NCBI RefSeq assembly: GCF_964355755.1
Contig: NC_092670.1
Span: 37,126,388-37,190,387, forward strand
From: Antedon mediterranea
Taxonomy: Eukaryota > Animalia > Echinodermata
DNA: 64,000 bases
Reading direction: 5' to 3'
The notes beneath the pieces are model-generated. The model searched no databases. It was not told the origin of the DNA and worked only from the letters and a program-made list of their open reading frames with translations. The translations under genes were made by a program, and so were the position numbers. Shown here in pieces: positions 39,801 to 52,478 of the stretch. Position 1 is the first letter of the stretch. The number at the start of each line of letters is the position of its first letter.

Positions 39801-42800
39801 AAGGTTAATGAATTCATTTCTAGTCTACGCTTATAAACAAAAGCGCATAAAGGTACACTATCAACCTTTATGTGACAAAAAAATGTGAAGTGCCCATATA
39901 TGGACAGGATGATGTCATAAAACTACCATATTTGGCCACATCATATCACATCATTTCTTGTCAAACTAGTTTAATAGTGTAAACAGAGCTTAATAGTCTA
40001 TTCAATATCGGTATAGAACCAGGTAAGTTTCAGCAGAAACACTCTTTTCTGCGCTTATAAACGTTGTTTTAGTGTGGTTCTTTCTTTCTTTCAAAAGCTT
40101 GGTTCCCACTAGCGACGCAACGCAAGGACGTAAACGCAACGCAAGCGTTTTAACCAATGACAAGCGAAGTTATGGACAGTTAGCAATCACAAGCGAATAA
40201 GCCATCGCTTGTGATTGGTCAATTCACTCGCGTTGCGTTACGTCCTTGCGTTGCGTCGCTAGTGGGAACCATGCTTTAAGCGTGGTTCCCACTAGAACGC
40301 AACGCAGTGACGTATCGACGCAAAGTGTTGTATTGCGTAATCACAAGTGGGAATCGACGACGCAATAGTGCTGCAAACATGGCAGGTTTTATTTCACGCA
40401 GGCGGGGTCAAACACAATTATCTGAAGGGCATTTGCTTACGTTGCGTAGATTGCGTTACGTTGCGTTGCTAGTGGGAACCAAGCTTTAAGTTTGGTTCCC
40501 ACTAGCGACGCAACGTAAGAAAATGCCCTTCAGATAATTGTGTTTGCCCCCGCCTGCGTGACAAACCTGCCATGTTTTGCATCATTATTGCGTCGTCGCG
40601 GTTCCCACTTGTGATTACGCAATAGGCCTACAGCACTTTGCGTCAATACGTCGTTGCGTTGCGTGCTAGTGAGAATCACGCTTTAAGGATTTGGCAGTAC
40701 ACTGCATGACATATTCTTCACCCAAAGCTCTCCATTTACTTCTCTATTTTGCAACCAGTTGTTTTTATATTATCGCAGGTCATCTCTACACCTCATTTTG
40801 GATTTTCCTCTTTTTCTTTACCCTATCCTTGTTTGTTGCCAAACTGTATCCCTATTTGTCCATCTACTGTCGTGGAGTCTTGCAACTTGGCCAATTGGTT
40901 ATGTATTCTTATTTATCCATGGAAACCATACAAATATATATTTTAAATTGTTTAAACTTATTTTTATTATAGGTTACCAACGAGAATTGAACTACCGTAG
41001 AAGAGGAGGGTCGTATAGTGCTTTTGGAGAGAGCGACGAAGAAGGCAGTACTTGGTAAGTTCGCGGTCTAGATAGAGTAGGCCTAACATTATTTTTCTTT
41101 GCAAGTTTCATATACGCAATCTAACAACAGGACACTGGGTCCGCCTTCCCAAGACTCGTAAGAATCCTTTGTTCTTATGTCTGGCTGCGACAAATATCAA
41201 CAGTAGGCCTACTGTACCGTATACATATTCTCCGCAGCGCGCGGTGTCTGTTTAAGGAACGTGGAACTGATCTTGTCGCAGTCACAGATAAACCGTTTGA
41301 TCTCCAGAGCTCAGCATCCTGTTATTAAATTGCCTTGGTGGTCTAAGGGAGGTTCAGTTCAGAGTTTGGAACACCCACATCCACTTGAAGAGCGTGTTTA
41401 TAATTTGTCATCTCCGTTTTTATAGGTTAACTGCATTTGTGCTAAGAACGTTTGCAGAATCAGCACAGTTCATTAGAATTGATAGTGAACTCATGGAGGA
41501 GAGCCTTCGCTGGCTGGAGCTCAGCAGGAACATCACAACAGGTTGTATGATATCCAGAGGACGTGTCCTGCACAAGGCTATGAAGGTTCATATACATTTT
41601 GTGTTTATTATACAATATTAGTTATAACCAGCATGCCTATTTTTCTGTAATTTAATTCAATGCATAGGCCTACTGCAAAATAACTATACGGTTCAAACCG
41701 TGTAGTAGGCCTAGTAAATCAAGAGTTTGTACATGATGGTCTATGTAGGCCTACTAATAGCAGTTACGGAAAATAATATATTTGATGTTTTCTTCCTATT
41801 TCAAATTAGGGTGGCGTTTCCGATGAGATAACACTGACTGCATATACTTTGATAACCCTCCTAGAGGCTGGCGGACAATCTTCTGTAAGTAAGGCTCTGT
41901 CTACGCTATCAAAATTTATTTGACAGAAAATTTGATGTGCCCATAATGGACATGATGATGTCATATCACTACCATATTTGGGCATATCACTACCATATTT
42001 GAGCACATAACACTTTTTTGTCAAACTAGTTTGATAGTGTAGACAGAGCTTAAGAATGATGAGTTTTGTACTCCTTCTATCACTTTTTTTAAAATGTAGG
42101 CTAAATGTTTTATTGAAACGTGTGTCGAAAAAACATAAAAACTCAATTTAAGATATTAAACGTTTTTTTAGGAAAAATTCATTGAGGATACAAGCAATTG
42201 TCTTGTCGATCGATGGAATGACGTTGGATCTGGCATACGAGATGATGTATATTCAGTAGCATTGCTGGCATATGCTTTCAAACTGTCCGGTCATACCTTA
42301 TACAATGAAGTACTTGACCAGTTAGATCAGCTTGCAATCGATGAAGGTAAGTCAGCAAATAGAGCGTTACTTTGGCTTAGTTTTTAACCCTGGTAAGTTG
42401 ATTCCTACCACTAAGGCAATCTAACAAAAGGATGCTGAGCTCCGGAGATCAAAGTGTTTATTTGTGGCTGCGACACGATCAGTTCCACGCCCCATAAAAG
42501 ACACTGCACGCCACTGAAAATGCACATAGTACAGACTGTAAAGCTCTGTCTACACTATCAAACCAGTTTGACAAAAGAAGAGTGATGTGCACAAATATGG
42601 TAGTGATATGCCCAAACATAGTAGTGATATGACAATATATATGGGCACATCACATTTGTTGTCACATAAATTTTGATAGTGTAGACAGAGCTTTAGTATT
42701 TGGGAAAAAATGTCCTCCGACATTCTAAACGCGGCCTTTGTAGTTTTATGCAATACTTTGACACCGTACTTTATTTATAATTAGATGGTCTAAAACACTG

Positions 42801-45800
42801 GGAGCGTCCTGACAGCAAAGTAAACAAAGATGAGTGTTTCTACTGTCGAGCACCTTCAGCAGAAGTAGAGATGACAGCTTACGGACTCCTTGCTCTTGAT
42901 TTGAGTGTTGATGACAATGTTGTGGAAGGCTTGAAGATCGCCAGATGGCTGGCTCAACAACAGAACGCATACGGTGGATATTCGTCTACTCAGGTTAGAA
43001 ACTTGTGCATATTTATTTTTATTATACTGGTTAGCCTCTTCATTCAAAGACAGTGTATAGTACTATGATGAGTTTGTGACAGTGGCTCTGATAAATTGCA
43101 ATGTACTTCATTGCGTTTGATACATAAGGCGTTTTTTTATTTAAAAAAAATCATCTCGTTGCAGGATACAGTAATTGCCTTGAAAGCACTTTCATATTTT
43201 GCCGAGGTACTTTATGGAGGTGAGACAACTGAGATGACGATAAAAGCCTCGTCATTGGCTGGTGGCGAAGAACAAGTTTTCCAGATTGATGCCTCAAATC
43301 GTCTGCTACTTCAAAGAATGGACATCGAAAAAGCACCAACAACGGTTGAGATTGAAGCTACTGGAAGTGGATGCGCTCTTGTACAGGTAGGCCTACTTTT
43401 GCTACCAAAGATATTACAATGTAATAGTGCTTTGTATCAAACTACAAATGTGACGTTCCATACATACGAAAATATAAAGCTCTGTCTCTGCTCAAACTTA
43501 TCACTACCATTTAAGCATACAACTACCATGGGCACTTAACAGTTTTTTTTTCAAACTAGTTTGATAGTGTAGACGGAGCATTACATGACATGCTACTACA
43601 CTGACGTATTATTTATTGTTTTGTAGATTCAGTCGCTGTACAACATCTATGAAAAGCCAACCGTGGCAAAAGAACCATTCACCATCGACGTTGAGTCTTG
43701 GTCTCCAATTGAGAAGCTTGGGTGTGCCAAGCAGACAATGAAAATTACTGTATCGTAAGTTGATTGATTGAATTTAATCAGGGAAGAGTGAAATTACAAT
43801 GTAATTTCACTCAATAATTCATTCAAGTTTTGAAACTGAATTCTTTTTTTCCTTCCTTGTTTCTATTTTTAACTAAATTGCTTTTCTTTTAGTTCAGTTG
43901 ATTAAAATACATTTTTAATTAAAGATGTATTGTCCCCCTGAAAAATAATTTTTGAAATTTGTTTTGTTGAATATATGCCATTTTAATGTTTTTTAAAGGT
44001 TTTTGGTTGAATTTAACCATTTAATTTGTCATTTTATGAAAAAAGTGAAAACATTTTTTCTACGGAAGTGATTAACTTAATTAAAACTACAAAATAATAT
44101 ATCCAAGGTCTGATTTTATATATATAATTTTTCATGTTGTTGGAGGAAAATACATCTTTAACGTGATGTAAAATTATGTTTAATTTTTAGATATAACGGC
44201 GATGATGGAGCGTCCAGCATGGCTATTGTTGAGGTCAAACTGATATCGGGATACTACGCCGACAAGTTATCTCTGCGTAAACTAAGCAAGGACCAAACAC
44301 TAAGAAAACTTGGATTCAAACGATATGAAATCAATAATAATATCGTCGACTTTTATTTTGATGAGGTACCAACCGATGTTTATCTATAATGAAATAATTG
44401 TAAAGCTCTGTCTACACTATCAAACTAGTTTGACAAAAAAGTGTGATGTGCACAAATATGGTAGTGATATGCACAAATATGGTAGTGATATGACATCATC
44501 ATGTCCATATATGGGCACATCACTCGATAGAGTACAATACAATACAATACAATTTAATGGAATCACTTGAGTAACAGTGGCACACGTTGACAGGGCTTTA
44601 CTAGTCAAAGGCAATGTACCAACAGAATGCTTAGCTCCGGAGATCCGAATGTGTTGATCTGCGGCTGCGACACGATCAGTTCAAATCCATGTTCATAGTA
44701 TAGTTCTGTTGGTATTTGTCGCAGCCATGCATAAGATCAAAGAACTGTTACGAGTTCCTATCTTTCCAAGGCGAACTCAGTGTCCTGTTGTTAGATTGCT
44801 TCGCTTAGTCTAGGTTCTATACTGAATTTCAACTTAAAATTGCTAAAAAAATAAATATTTTGGGTCACACGACGTTTCATACTTATAATAAGCCCTACTT
44901 GAGCTCTTGAGACAAAAATCGAAACGTCTACTGGTGAACTTGAACATAAACGAAAATTTGGGCAAGTCTAGAGATGATTTACTGATTGTAAACTTTAATG
45001 ATTGTGTATGTATATTAAGTAATTTTTGTATTCCTATTCATTTTATCAATTACTGTATTTTTCAGTTTACTGCTGAGGCTATAAGCTTTGAATTCGACGT
45101 AGACCAAGAACTTGTTGTGAAGAATCCTAAGCCTGGAATGATAACTGTATACGACTATTATGAAGCAGGTAAATTCGTATACCACGTGGCCAATCACCAC
45201 TGCTTAGGCTTACTCCCCCGACACCACTTCTCAAACATCACTTATCAAACATCACTCCGACCACTCATCATACACCACTTCTTATAAACTACTCCGACAC
45301 CACTCGTCAAACACCTCTCATCAAACGCCACTCGTCAAACACCACTCATCAAACACCACTCATCAAACGCCACTAATCGAACGCCACTCATCAAACGCCA
45401 CGCATCAAACACCACTTATCAAACACCACTTTTCAAACACCTCCTCCTTTCCAAAGAACATCTGCGCCGTTTGTAGATATATGCAATGCCAATTCTCCAT
45501 TTGAAAATCCCGCTTAATGACCAGTTTATCGAACCCGAGGGATCTGATATTGTGACTGTATAATAGCCAAATCCGACGTCGGAAGAAGATTAAACATGTT
45601 TACAGTTCTCCCGACAACCTAAAAACGATCTCAAGACGACTCATCTCGTCGGGATTCAACTCGGACAGTACCGCCGTTTCGTCGGGCCTCGTCGTAAGAC
45701 GCTGTCTTCATGCCTTAACTAAACGTGTTGATGATAATTTTATAGGCTACAACGTATGTTACCATTTAACATAACAGTTATAGTTAATATAGTATTTTTC

Positions 45801-45855
45801 TTTTATTCTTGTTTCAGAAATGAAGTCGGTTATACCGTACAAACTGTCGTGTTAG
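18803..45855 (+). CDS. A2M: Alpha-2-macroglobulin-like secreted thioester-containing protein (~32 exons)
   Basis: Signal peptide MIRSYLAIVLVCFIIQCSA; YIQTDKPKYKPGQ (20260-20306); YVLPKFEV; IRTYFPETLLW (~31050-31082); VPDTITDW and FKPFFVSLTLPYSVIRNE (31705-31939); thioester PTGCGEQN (~39663-39686); GSYSAFG, WLTAFV, GGYSSTQDTVIAL; receptor-binding domain SSMAIVEVKLISGY and TVYDYYE; stop TAG at 45853-45855. No C345C domain or hydrophobic anchor is seen. Confidence 0.95.
21008..21180 (+). mobile_element. 173-bp insertion, Penelope-like terminal repeat or retrozyme-like
   Basis: Flanked by the direct repeat ATATATAATA (20998-21007 and 21181-21190); contains a hammerhead core. Confidence 0.7.
21017..21053 (+). 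ncRNA. Minimal type I hammerhead ribozyme
   Basis: GCA-CTGATGA-A-GGGC(TAGTGTT)GCCC-GAA-AGCT-C-TGC: stem I, conserved core, stem II, palindromic stem III, CUC cleavage triplet. Confidence 0.7.
23110..23935 (-). mobile_element. Helentron/HINE-like non-autonomous element with (GACA/GACC)n microsatellites
   Basis: Minus-strand start TTTTAGTCGCGTGGAAGCGACT, inverted CACGCGACT near the far end, terminal GGCCTTGTT; two microsatellite blocks (23160-23235, 23828-23900). Confidence 0.65.
25457..25592. mobile_element. MITE family B (Harbinger-like, TIR AGCTTGGTTCCCACTAG)
   Basis: Paired TIRs with internal CGCAA repeats. Related copies at about 24140-24288, 24651-24745, 40097-40683 (three), 56939-57006, 63490-63805. 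Confidence 0.8.
26556..26615 (-). mobile_element. LINE 3' tail remnant
   Basis: Minus strand reads AATTTCC..GGACAATAAAAG followed by (TATCTG)n, resembling the LINE 3' end at 8045-8090. A similar remnant lies at 10095-10137. Confidence 0.5.
27410..28516. repeat. 1.1-kb polypyrimidine (CTTT/CCTT/CATT) complex microsatellite
   Basis: Almost pure C/T on the plus strand. Confidence 0.97.
29051..29122 (-). tRNA. tRNA-like sequence with ATC at the anticodon position (pseudogene or SINE head)
   Basis: GTCCCAGTGGTCTAATGGTTAGGGCAACTGCATATCAAGCAGACGGTCCGAGTTCGAGTCTCGGTTGGGGCG folds as a cloverleaf with A and B boxes; TTTTT follows 2 nt downstream; atypical A32 and an A-A mismatch at the top of the anticodon stem. 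Confidence 0.6.
29920..30180. repeat. ~99-bp degenerate tandem repeat, 3 units
   Basis: TTTAGTGGRTGGCCTA..ATCCAAAG..GTTCGATT at about 29925, 30023, 30124. Confidence 0.85.
33876..33947 (-). tRNA. tRNA-iMet: tRNA-iMet(CAT), consensus copy
   Basis: Identical to array consensus. Confidence 0.93.
34180..34251 (-). tRNA. tRNA-iMet: tRNA-iMet(CAT), consensus copy
   Basis: Identical to array consensus. Confidence 0.93.
34325..34396 (-). tRNA. tRNA-iMet: tRNA-iMet(CAT), consensus copy
   Basis: Identical to array consensus. Confidence 0.93.
35178..35249 (-). tRNA. tRNA-iMet: tRNA-iMet(CAT), consensus copy
   Basis: Identical to array consensus. Confidence 0.93.
35930..36001 (-). tRNA. tRNA-iMet: tRNA-iMet(CAT), consensus copy
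   Basis: Identical to array consensus. Confidence 0.93.
37054..37125 (-). tRNA. tRNA-iMet: tRNA-iMet(CAT), consensus copy
   Basis: Identical to array consensus. Confidence 0.93.
37204..37275 (-). tRNA. tRNA-iMet: tRNA-iMet(CAT), consensus copy
   Basis: Identical to array consensus. Confidence 0.93.
37514..37585 (-). tRNA. tRNA-iMet: tRNA-iMet(CAT), consensus copy
   Basis: Identical to array consensus. Confidence 0.93.
40097..40683. mobile_element. Three abutting family B MITEs
   Basis: TIR pairs at about 40097-40275, 40279-40485, 40489-40682, joined by TTA. Confidence 0.85.
41117..41333. mobile_element. MITE family C (TIR GCAATCTAACAACAGGA)
   Basis: Imperfect TIRs; inverted copy at ~44611-44799 and a partial copy at ~42416-42535. 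Confidence 0.7.
45220..45445. repeat. 14-bp minisatellite (ACCACTCATCAAAC)n
   Basis: Degenerate tandem units in the last A2M intron. Confidence 0.9.
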
Positions 45856-47907
45856 AAGAATCTGGCATGAGATAAATACAGTACAGAAAGAAAACCCTCG
45901 AAATGAATAACTACAACACGTTCACTAACGTTATTCCATCGGCCTACAGCATTCTACTACAGTATTAACTTGTTGTTTATACGTTATATTATTGAATAAT
46001 TCGTGATGTTTGAAGATATTATTGTCCCCCAAAAAATTATCATTTTAATGTCACATAATAGTTATTCACTTTGACCAAAAACTGGATCGCCAAAAAAAAT
46101 ATTTACCTAAAAAATGTAATTTAAAGCAAAAAATACTAGTCTGTCAGACAATGGTTTTAGTTAAAATTAAATGTTTATTTTGTCTTTTTATAATTGAAAT
46201 AATTATTGTTTTGGGTATTTTTTTTTTACAGAACTGAATAACTTTATTAAAACTGCAAAATGATCTGATTTTATTAATCTTCATTTTTCATGTTTTGAGG
46301 GGACAATATATCTTTAAATATTGAATCTTATAACGATGGCGTGTATTCATTGTTGAATATTAATGTTGATAGTAGACATTTTGACCCGTTTATATTGCAC
46401 AGTCGCTTCATGTCAGTAAGGGTTATTTCGTTTTTTATATGTAAGTTTATTGAGTATTTTTACACAACTCGTCACAATGAACGTTTGTTTTGCAATAAAT
46501 GTAATTTTGAATGTATGTCCAGGTTTATTTTGATTTGATGCATTTATTTGATTTTATTAGGAAAATCATTATAAAAAAATACTTACAAAGTTAGTACATT
46601 ACCTGACATTACAAATAAATACATTTATAAAATATTTTCCAGGCCGGATAGCCCAAAAAGCTTATTAGCTTATTTCCGCTGGGATCCTTTAGCCTATTTC
46701 CGTTTGGGATCGTTTTTGTCAAATTATCTGTAACGTTTATTTTTCATAAACACTTTATAGGTCCATGGTATAATAAAAACGATATTTATTAGGAAAACAG
46801 CTGCACACATTTTAATAACAGTGCATCCTTAACAATACATAGGCCTATATTACAATACAACATTTTAAAATACTAGAGGGTGAGCTCGCTTCGCTCGCTC
46901 CCCCTCTAGGAAGTGTAGACGATGGTTCTCGGAATGATAATGTTCTCCTTATACATTTTCTGTCGGTTACCATTATTGAAAATGCTTGACATTCGTAAAA
47001 CTGAACTACTTTGTTTCACAGTGTTTTAGATGATTAATAACATTTTAAAGTATAGTTTTTATTGTTTGGTAGGGCCCTTTGGGGAGGCGGAGGTCATTTG
47101 AGGGAGGTGCTTATTCGAGGGATATATGTTAAATTTTTTAGTTCTAATATAATATGGTAACATTTATAATCAAATGAAATCCTCTCATAGATATGAAAAG
47201 TGGTAAAAAAGAATAACAAATGCTTGGTAAATTGCAGATAACAGTGCGGTGAATTCTACTACAAATAGTATAATTGTGTTATTATAAATATGTGGATGGA
47301 CGTTTATTAGATAGTTGGGTTGTGGGGGGGGGTTATTATTCAAAGTGATGTTTTATTGGAGAGGCGTTTATTCAAATGAATACCATCCTAATAATTATTA
47401 ATACATTATTTAATTTAATCATCTTTTGAAACTAACTGCCGTGACAGAGTGGGCCCAAGAAAGAAGACATTACGGCTTGCAACATGGGCAGACATCTCGG
47501 TCCTAACGGGACACAGGAAGATAGCCTACAGTTATTCCTGCAAGCTTACTCAATAAAACTCAGCTATCGGGATTTCACTCGAAAAATGTCTTATCAAATC
47601 TCCCTATGTAATTTTATAATACTATTCCCCACAATATATTCTGATTCTTTATGGCGTATATTTAATTTGATCTTTATTAATTTGCAGTATAATTCCTATT
47701 ATTTAACTACTGTACCTTCACACACGTGTGGTATGTTTTAAAATAAACAAAAAACTGAAATGGTTATGATTAATGGCCAATTTTTTTTTCGTCTTCCAAA
47801 GGGACACTGTATTGATTGATGGAAAGTGCCTGTTTCCAGTCACCTTTAGGGTCAAATCTATTATTTTAACTGCTCCCTTGTGTATAAATGAAAGAAAATA
47901 TTTGAAA

Positions 47908-48870
47908 CTAAGGTGAACTTATCTTAAACCCGGAAATTACTTTGACCGGGAAGAATTGAAATTGAGAGGAAAATCCAATGTTGAAATCATAAATGTTGTT
48001 AAAAAACTCTTTAAAATATCTTCCTAAGATATAAATATGGAACAATAGCGTCGGCGTGCACACTAATGTTATCAAATCTACGTTTCGCGGTACATCTCGG
48101 ATAGATAAGGTAGGTATCCAAGGCGGAGATTTGTAGAGAAGTTTTTGCATTGTGCTCGCCTATGTCAGAATTAACCATAATTTATATATAGATGAACAAA
48201 ATGCATAATTTCAGCCAAATAACGACGTAAGTTATCTAGCGCCATCACACGACTCGCAGACGGTCAAACGTCATAGGGATCATCTCCTGCATTTTACTCT
48301 ACCAGGGTGGATTTTATCTACGATATTATTGTAGGAATCCTTGATATAATATAATACTCATTTCTAAACATTTAACCATTAATTACGCGGATATAACAAA
48401 AAAGGGTTTGAAATATTGATTAACCAATCATGGAGGTATCTCCATGAACCAATAATGCCTATTATGTTACTAATCACATAAAGGAATCGTTATGCATTTA
48501 TTAAATATTAAATAAGTTATTAAAATACGAATATTACGTGTAAATGCACGGGATTTTACTTTTAAATGTCATGTTATGAATTCATTTTTTATTTTATTTA
48601 TTTTTTATAATTTAATCAAAAGTCCTCACGTTGTCGGCCTACCTGGTAAATTTTCAAGGTCACAGATAACACCCTGGGGTCGTCAAGTAATCGTCGCGTT
48701 TGACGTTCGTCGCTTGATGACGTCATTATGCGCTTGTATCTCATGATGTCTGTGTACATAGACTCGTATCGATCGAACTCCGTCAAGGTCGCTGCAGTGC
48801 TGTAGTTGGGATTGCGTATCCCCCGGAGGCTGAAGTCAATAGTGGCAGTAGAAAATTTCTCGTTTGACAT
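47908..48870 (-). CDS. Possible small two-exon protein of unknown function (~159 aa)
   Basis: ORF 48870-48643 ends at CAG|GTAGG and joins in frame through acceptor CATAG| to ORF 48159-47908. No recognisable domain. Confidence 0.3.
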
Positions 48871-50351
48871 TGATTTCAACCAAAATTGTTGATGAATTTA
48901 CGCAAATAAACAGCTGCAAAGACATTTTGCAGATTAGGGTGGAAAATGGATACGCTTTGATTTAACAATATTTAATTATATCAACGTCACTGTAATAATT
49001 ATATTTGTTAGCTATGTATAGGCCTATGTTCTATATTCCCCACCCCCACCCCACCTCATTACCAGACGTAAGCGAAACGTAATTGAATACATCACGACGC
49101 AATACCGTTGGTATTAAGGCGTTATTATGTACGTAAGCGCACTGTCAAAAATATTATGTTGAACGCATACAAATTGTTTGTCGAAATTACACAAATATTT
49201 TTTTCAAGTGGGATCGGCTCTATCAAACAGCAGATTTGATCAAATTTATCTTTGAATTGACAAGTTTGAGACGTATTTTGATATATTGTCAAGAGATATA
49301 ATTTTGCGAATCATAATCCTCTGGGGACAGGAACGATACCGGCTGTCGAAAAGAATAGAAATGTTATTACTGACAGCAGGGGGGAAAGCTCCATTTATTG
49401 TCAAAAGTAAATTGACTTTAGGCCTATAGGGAGCTTTGCGATATGACCTACGACCAAGAATTGTATAAATTACGGTATCATGCATTCGTATTTTGTCGAA
49501 ATCGTCGCCGTGTCACTCTCTAAATTGATCCCGAATTTTACGCGATGTCGACGAGTATCTTTAGTGCACCTGTATGTTGAGACGGGAACTTTATAAATAA
49601 ATATAGTGTAGCCTACCCTCACTTTTCCATCATGTATTCATTTTGTCCATTTGGTCTTGGTCATGCATCACTTACCATACATAGTTATCAATGTGTAAAT
49701 CGTGGGTTTAAAAATATACCGTATAATACCCGCAAGAACATTATGACGGGTCTCGTAACATGAAATCAGTAAAACTGTTAAAATCATGTTGATGACAATG
49801 CCATGATTTCTACACCTATTGATATCAAATATGCTCATCTATTTTAATAATTTAAATATACTGTATTAATAATAATATATGACTTATGCCATTGTACCAT
49901 GAAAAACGATAACAGGGTGTATTATAACGATATACCGGTCCTGTTTATGTATTAATTAATTGTCTATGGCTTGTTGTCTAATTATTTATGTTTATAGCAA
50001 TGAGACATTAAACTGTAATTAATAAATGTTCACTTTAGGCTATATATACTGTGACATTCAACTTGGTGTAGAGTACGGACTAAGTACAACGACCAACCTT
50101 GAATTAAAAATCATGTGACTTTTTCCAAGGTCAGTCCTCTCCTGCATGCTGAACGTAATGTTACTAATTTTGTTGAGGCCCGTTTTGTTAGAATAGAGCC
50201 TACTTGAATTTAACATTAATCTAGTAAATTATGTCCATTCCATATGATACATGATTCAAATATCGGTTTTACCGTATAAATATCTTGAAATACATAATTT
50301 GAGAGTGATGAGAGGAGTAGCCTCCCCCATATTTGTTGCAATAATGTTAGG

Positions 50352-50538
50352 TGCATTGTGGGAACATTTTCAATTTTTCGTGTGTGCAGCTAGCAGCAAA
50401 ATGCAAGAGGAGCTAGCTAGCTGAGAGATCGCGAACTACTCTCCGTCAGCATTATAAACATGGCGACTGGTTTTAGGATTGAAAATACAGGATAATTGAC
50501 GTTTTCTTCTCGGAAAACTACTTTTTCATCAGGTAAGT
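50352..50538 (+). promoter_or_regulatory. Probable promoter and non-coding first exon of a plus-strand gene
   Basis: TGCATTGTGGGAA (ZNF143/Staf-type site) at 50352-50364, AACATGGCG (YY1-type) at ~50457, donor CAG|GTAAGT at 50530-50538, then a CpG-containing and CTAG-rich tract like that of the CCDC73-like gene. No downstream coding exon is recognised in the window. Confidence 0.5.
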
Positions 50539-51389
50539 TAACAATGAAAAATTTAAATGATTATTTTCTAATGTTTATTATCAACCAAAGAGCCATAGGC
50601 CTATAAAACAACTTAGTTTGAGTCTCTACTGTGTGCGACCCTTCTTTCAAGTGTGTGTTTGGTTTGTATTTTATGAGAGAGCTGTGTATTGTGTGCCCGC
50701 GGCCGCGCCGTCCCGTTCGTCGTGTAATTTTTTTTTTAGTTGTGAGCTAGCTAGCAGACGACGTTCGACTTGTAAATAAGCCTATCTGGGCCCAGGGCAG
50801 TAGTTTTAAAGCTACCTAGGCCACTGGCTAGCTTCATATTGTAGAGGGATTTGAAAATGGACTTTTTAATATAAAATTGATTTAAATAAATGCCCTTTTT
50901 TGGCCTACTAATACTAAGTTAAGGGCTAGGCCTACTAGAGCTCTGCAATAGTGTAATACTGTAGAGGCTATGCCTGCCTAGTTAGTAGTTTAATAATATA
51001 GGCCTTGCTGGCTAGTAGTTAGCTTCTTGTAGAGGTAGGTGGGCTAAGCCTAGATTATGACCAGAGCTAGTTTTATCTTTCTATTTTTAGTTAGTATAAA
51101 AAAAAATAGGGGCCTGGCCTAACTAGCTCTACTACTACTGGTTATACATTGTGCTACTGCACTTTTGCAATTACTACAAAAATGGGTTGTCACATTTTAT
51201 GGATGTACGGAATTGTAGATACTACGGAAATACATACAAACTACAAAAAATTACGATTTGTTGTAAATAAATGGAAAATAGTTCATTTATAATAATCATT
51301 TAAATTTAATCCAGAAAAAAACCCGATGCACATTGTTGAATTCTAGAAAGGTTTTGGAGTCAACATTATTTATTAGCTCTCATGTAAGC

Positions 51390-52478
51390 CAGTATGAAGT
51401 CTCATTGATGGTCTTAGATAAGCAAGAGTGAGCTGCATTTAAGAAGTCATTGATGATCTTATGATAATATAATGAGTGAGCAAAGCTAAGAAGGTGCATT
51501 GAGGGAGATAAGCAAAAGTGAGCAGAGACATCATAAGAAGTCGCATTGAGGGAAGATAAAAAAGAGCAAGTAAAATTCTAAAGTCTCATTTACTTAGTGA
51601 GGATAAGTAGGAGTGAGCCGAGTTTATGTCTCATTGACGGAATTAATACAAGAGTGAGGAAAGCTAAGAAGGTATATTGATGGACAATAAGCAAGAGGGA
51701 CCAGGGCTAATAATAAGAAGTCTCATCAAATCAAGATGCAAGAGGGACCAGAGTAAAAAGTTTCATTAAGGGATGATGCAAGCAAGAGTGACCAGAGTAA
51801 GAAGTTTCATTAAGGGATGATGCAAGCAAGAGTGACCAGAGTAAGAAGTTTTATTAAGGGAAGATGCAAGCAATAGTGACCAGAGTAAGAAGTTTCATTA
51901 AGGGAAGATGCAAGCAAGAGTGACCAGAGTAAAGAAGTTTCATTAAGGGAAGATGCAAGCAAGAGTGACCAGAGTAAAAAGTTTCATTATGGGATGATGC
52001 AAGCAAGAGTGACCAGAGTAAGAAGTTTTATTAAGGGAAGATGCAAGCAAGAGTGACCAGAGTAAGAAGTTTCATTAAGGGAAGATGCAAGCAAGAGTGA
52101 CCAGAGTAAGAAGTTTTATTAAGGGAAGATGCAAGCAATAGTGACCAGAGTAAGAAGTTTCATTAAGGGAAGATGCAAGCAAGAGTGACCAGAGTAAAGA
52201 AGTTTCATTAAGGGAAGATGCAAGCAAGAGTGACCAGAGTAAGAAGTTTCAGTAATGGAAGATGCAAGCAAGAGTGACCAGAGTAAGAAGTTTCATTATT
52301 AGGAAGAAGCAAGCAAGAGTGACCAGAGTAAGAAGTTTCATTAAGGGAAGATGCAAGCAAGCAAGAGTGACCAGAGTAAGAAGTTTCATTGAGGGAATAT
52401 GCGAGAGTGAGCATAGTTTAAAACTCATTGAGTGAAGATGCAAGCAAAACTGAGCAGCGTTAATAGAAGTCTCATTAG
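51390..52478. repeat. 44-bp minisatellite with homogeneous core and degenerate flanks
   Basis: Unit AAGGGAAGATGCAAGCAAGAGTGACCAGAGTAAGAAGTTTCATT, about 15 good copies at 51735-52395. Confidence 0.95.

Noticed and set aside
50460-50495. ATGGCG start in good context
   Set aside because: Stops after 11 codons; better explained as a YY1-type motif or uORF in a non-coding exon.
52208-52443. Repetitive ORFs
   Set aside because: Translations of the 44-bp minisatellite.
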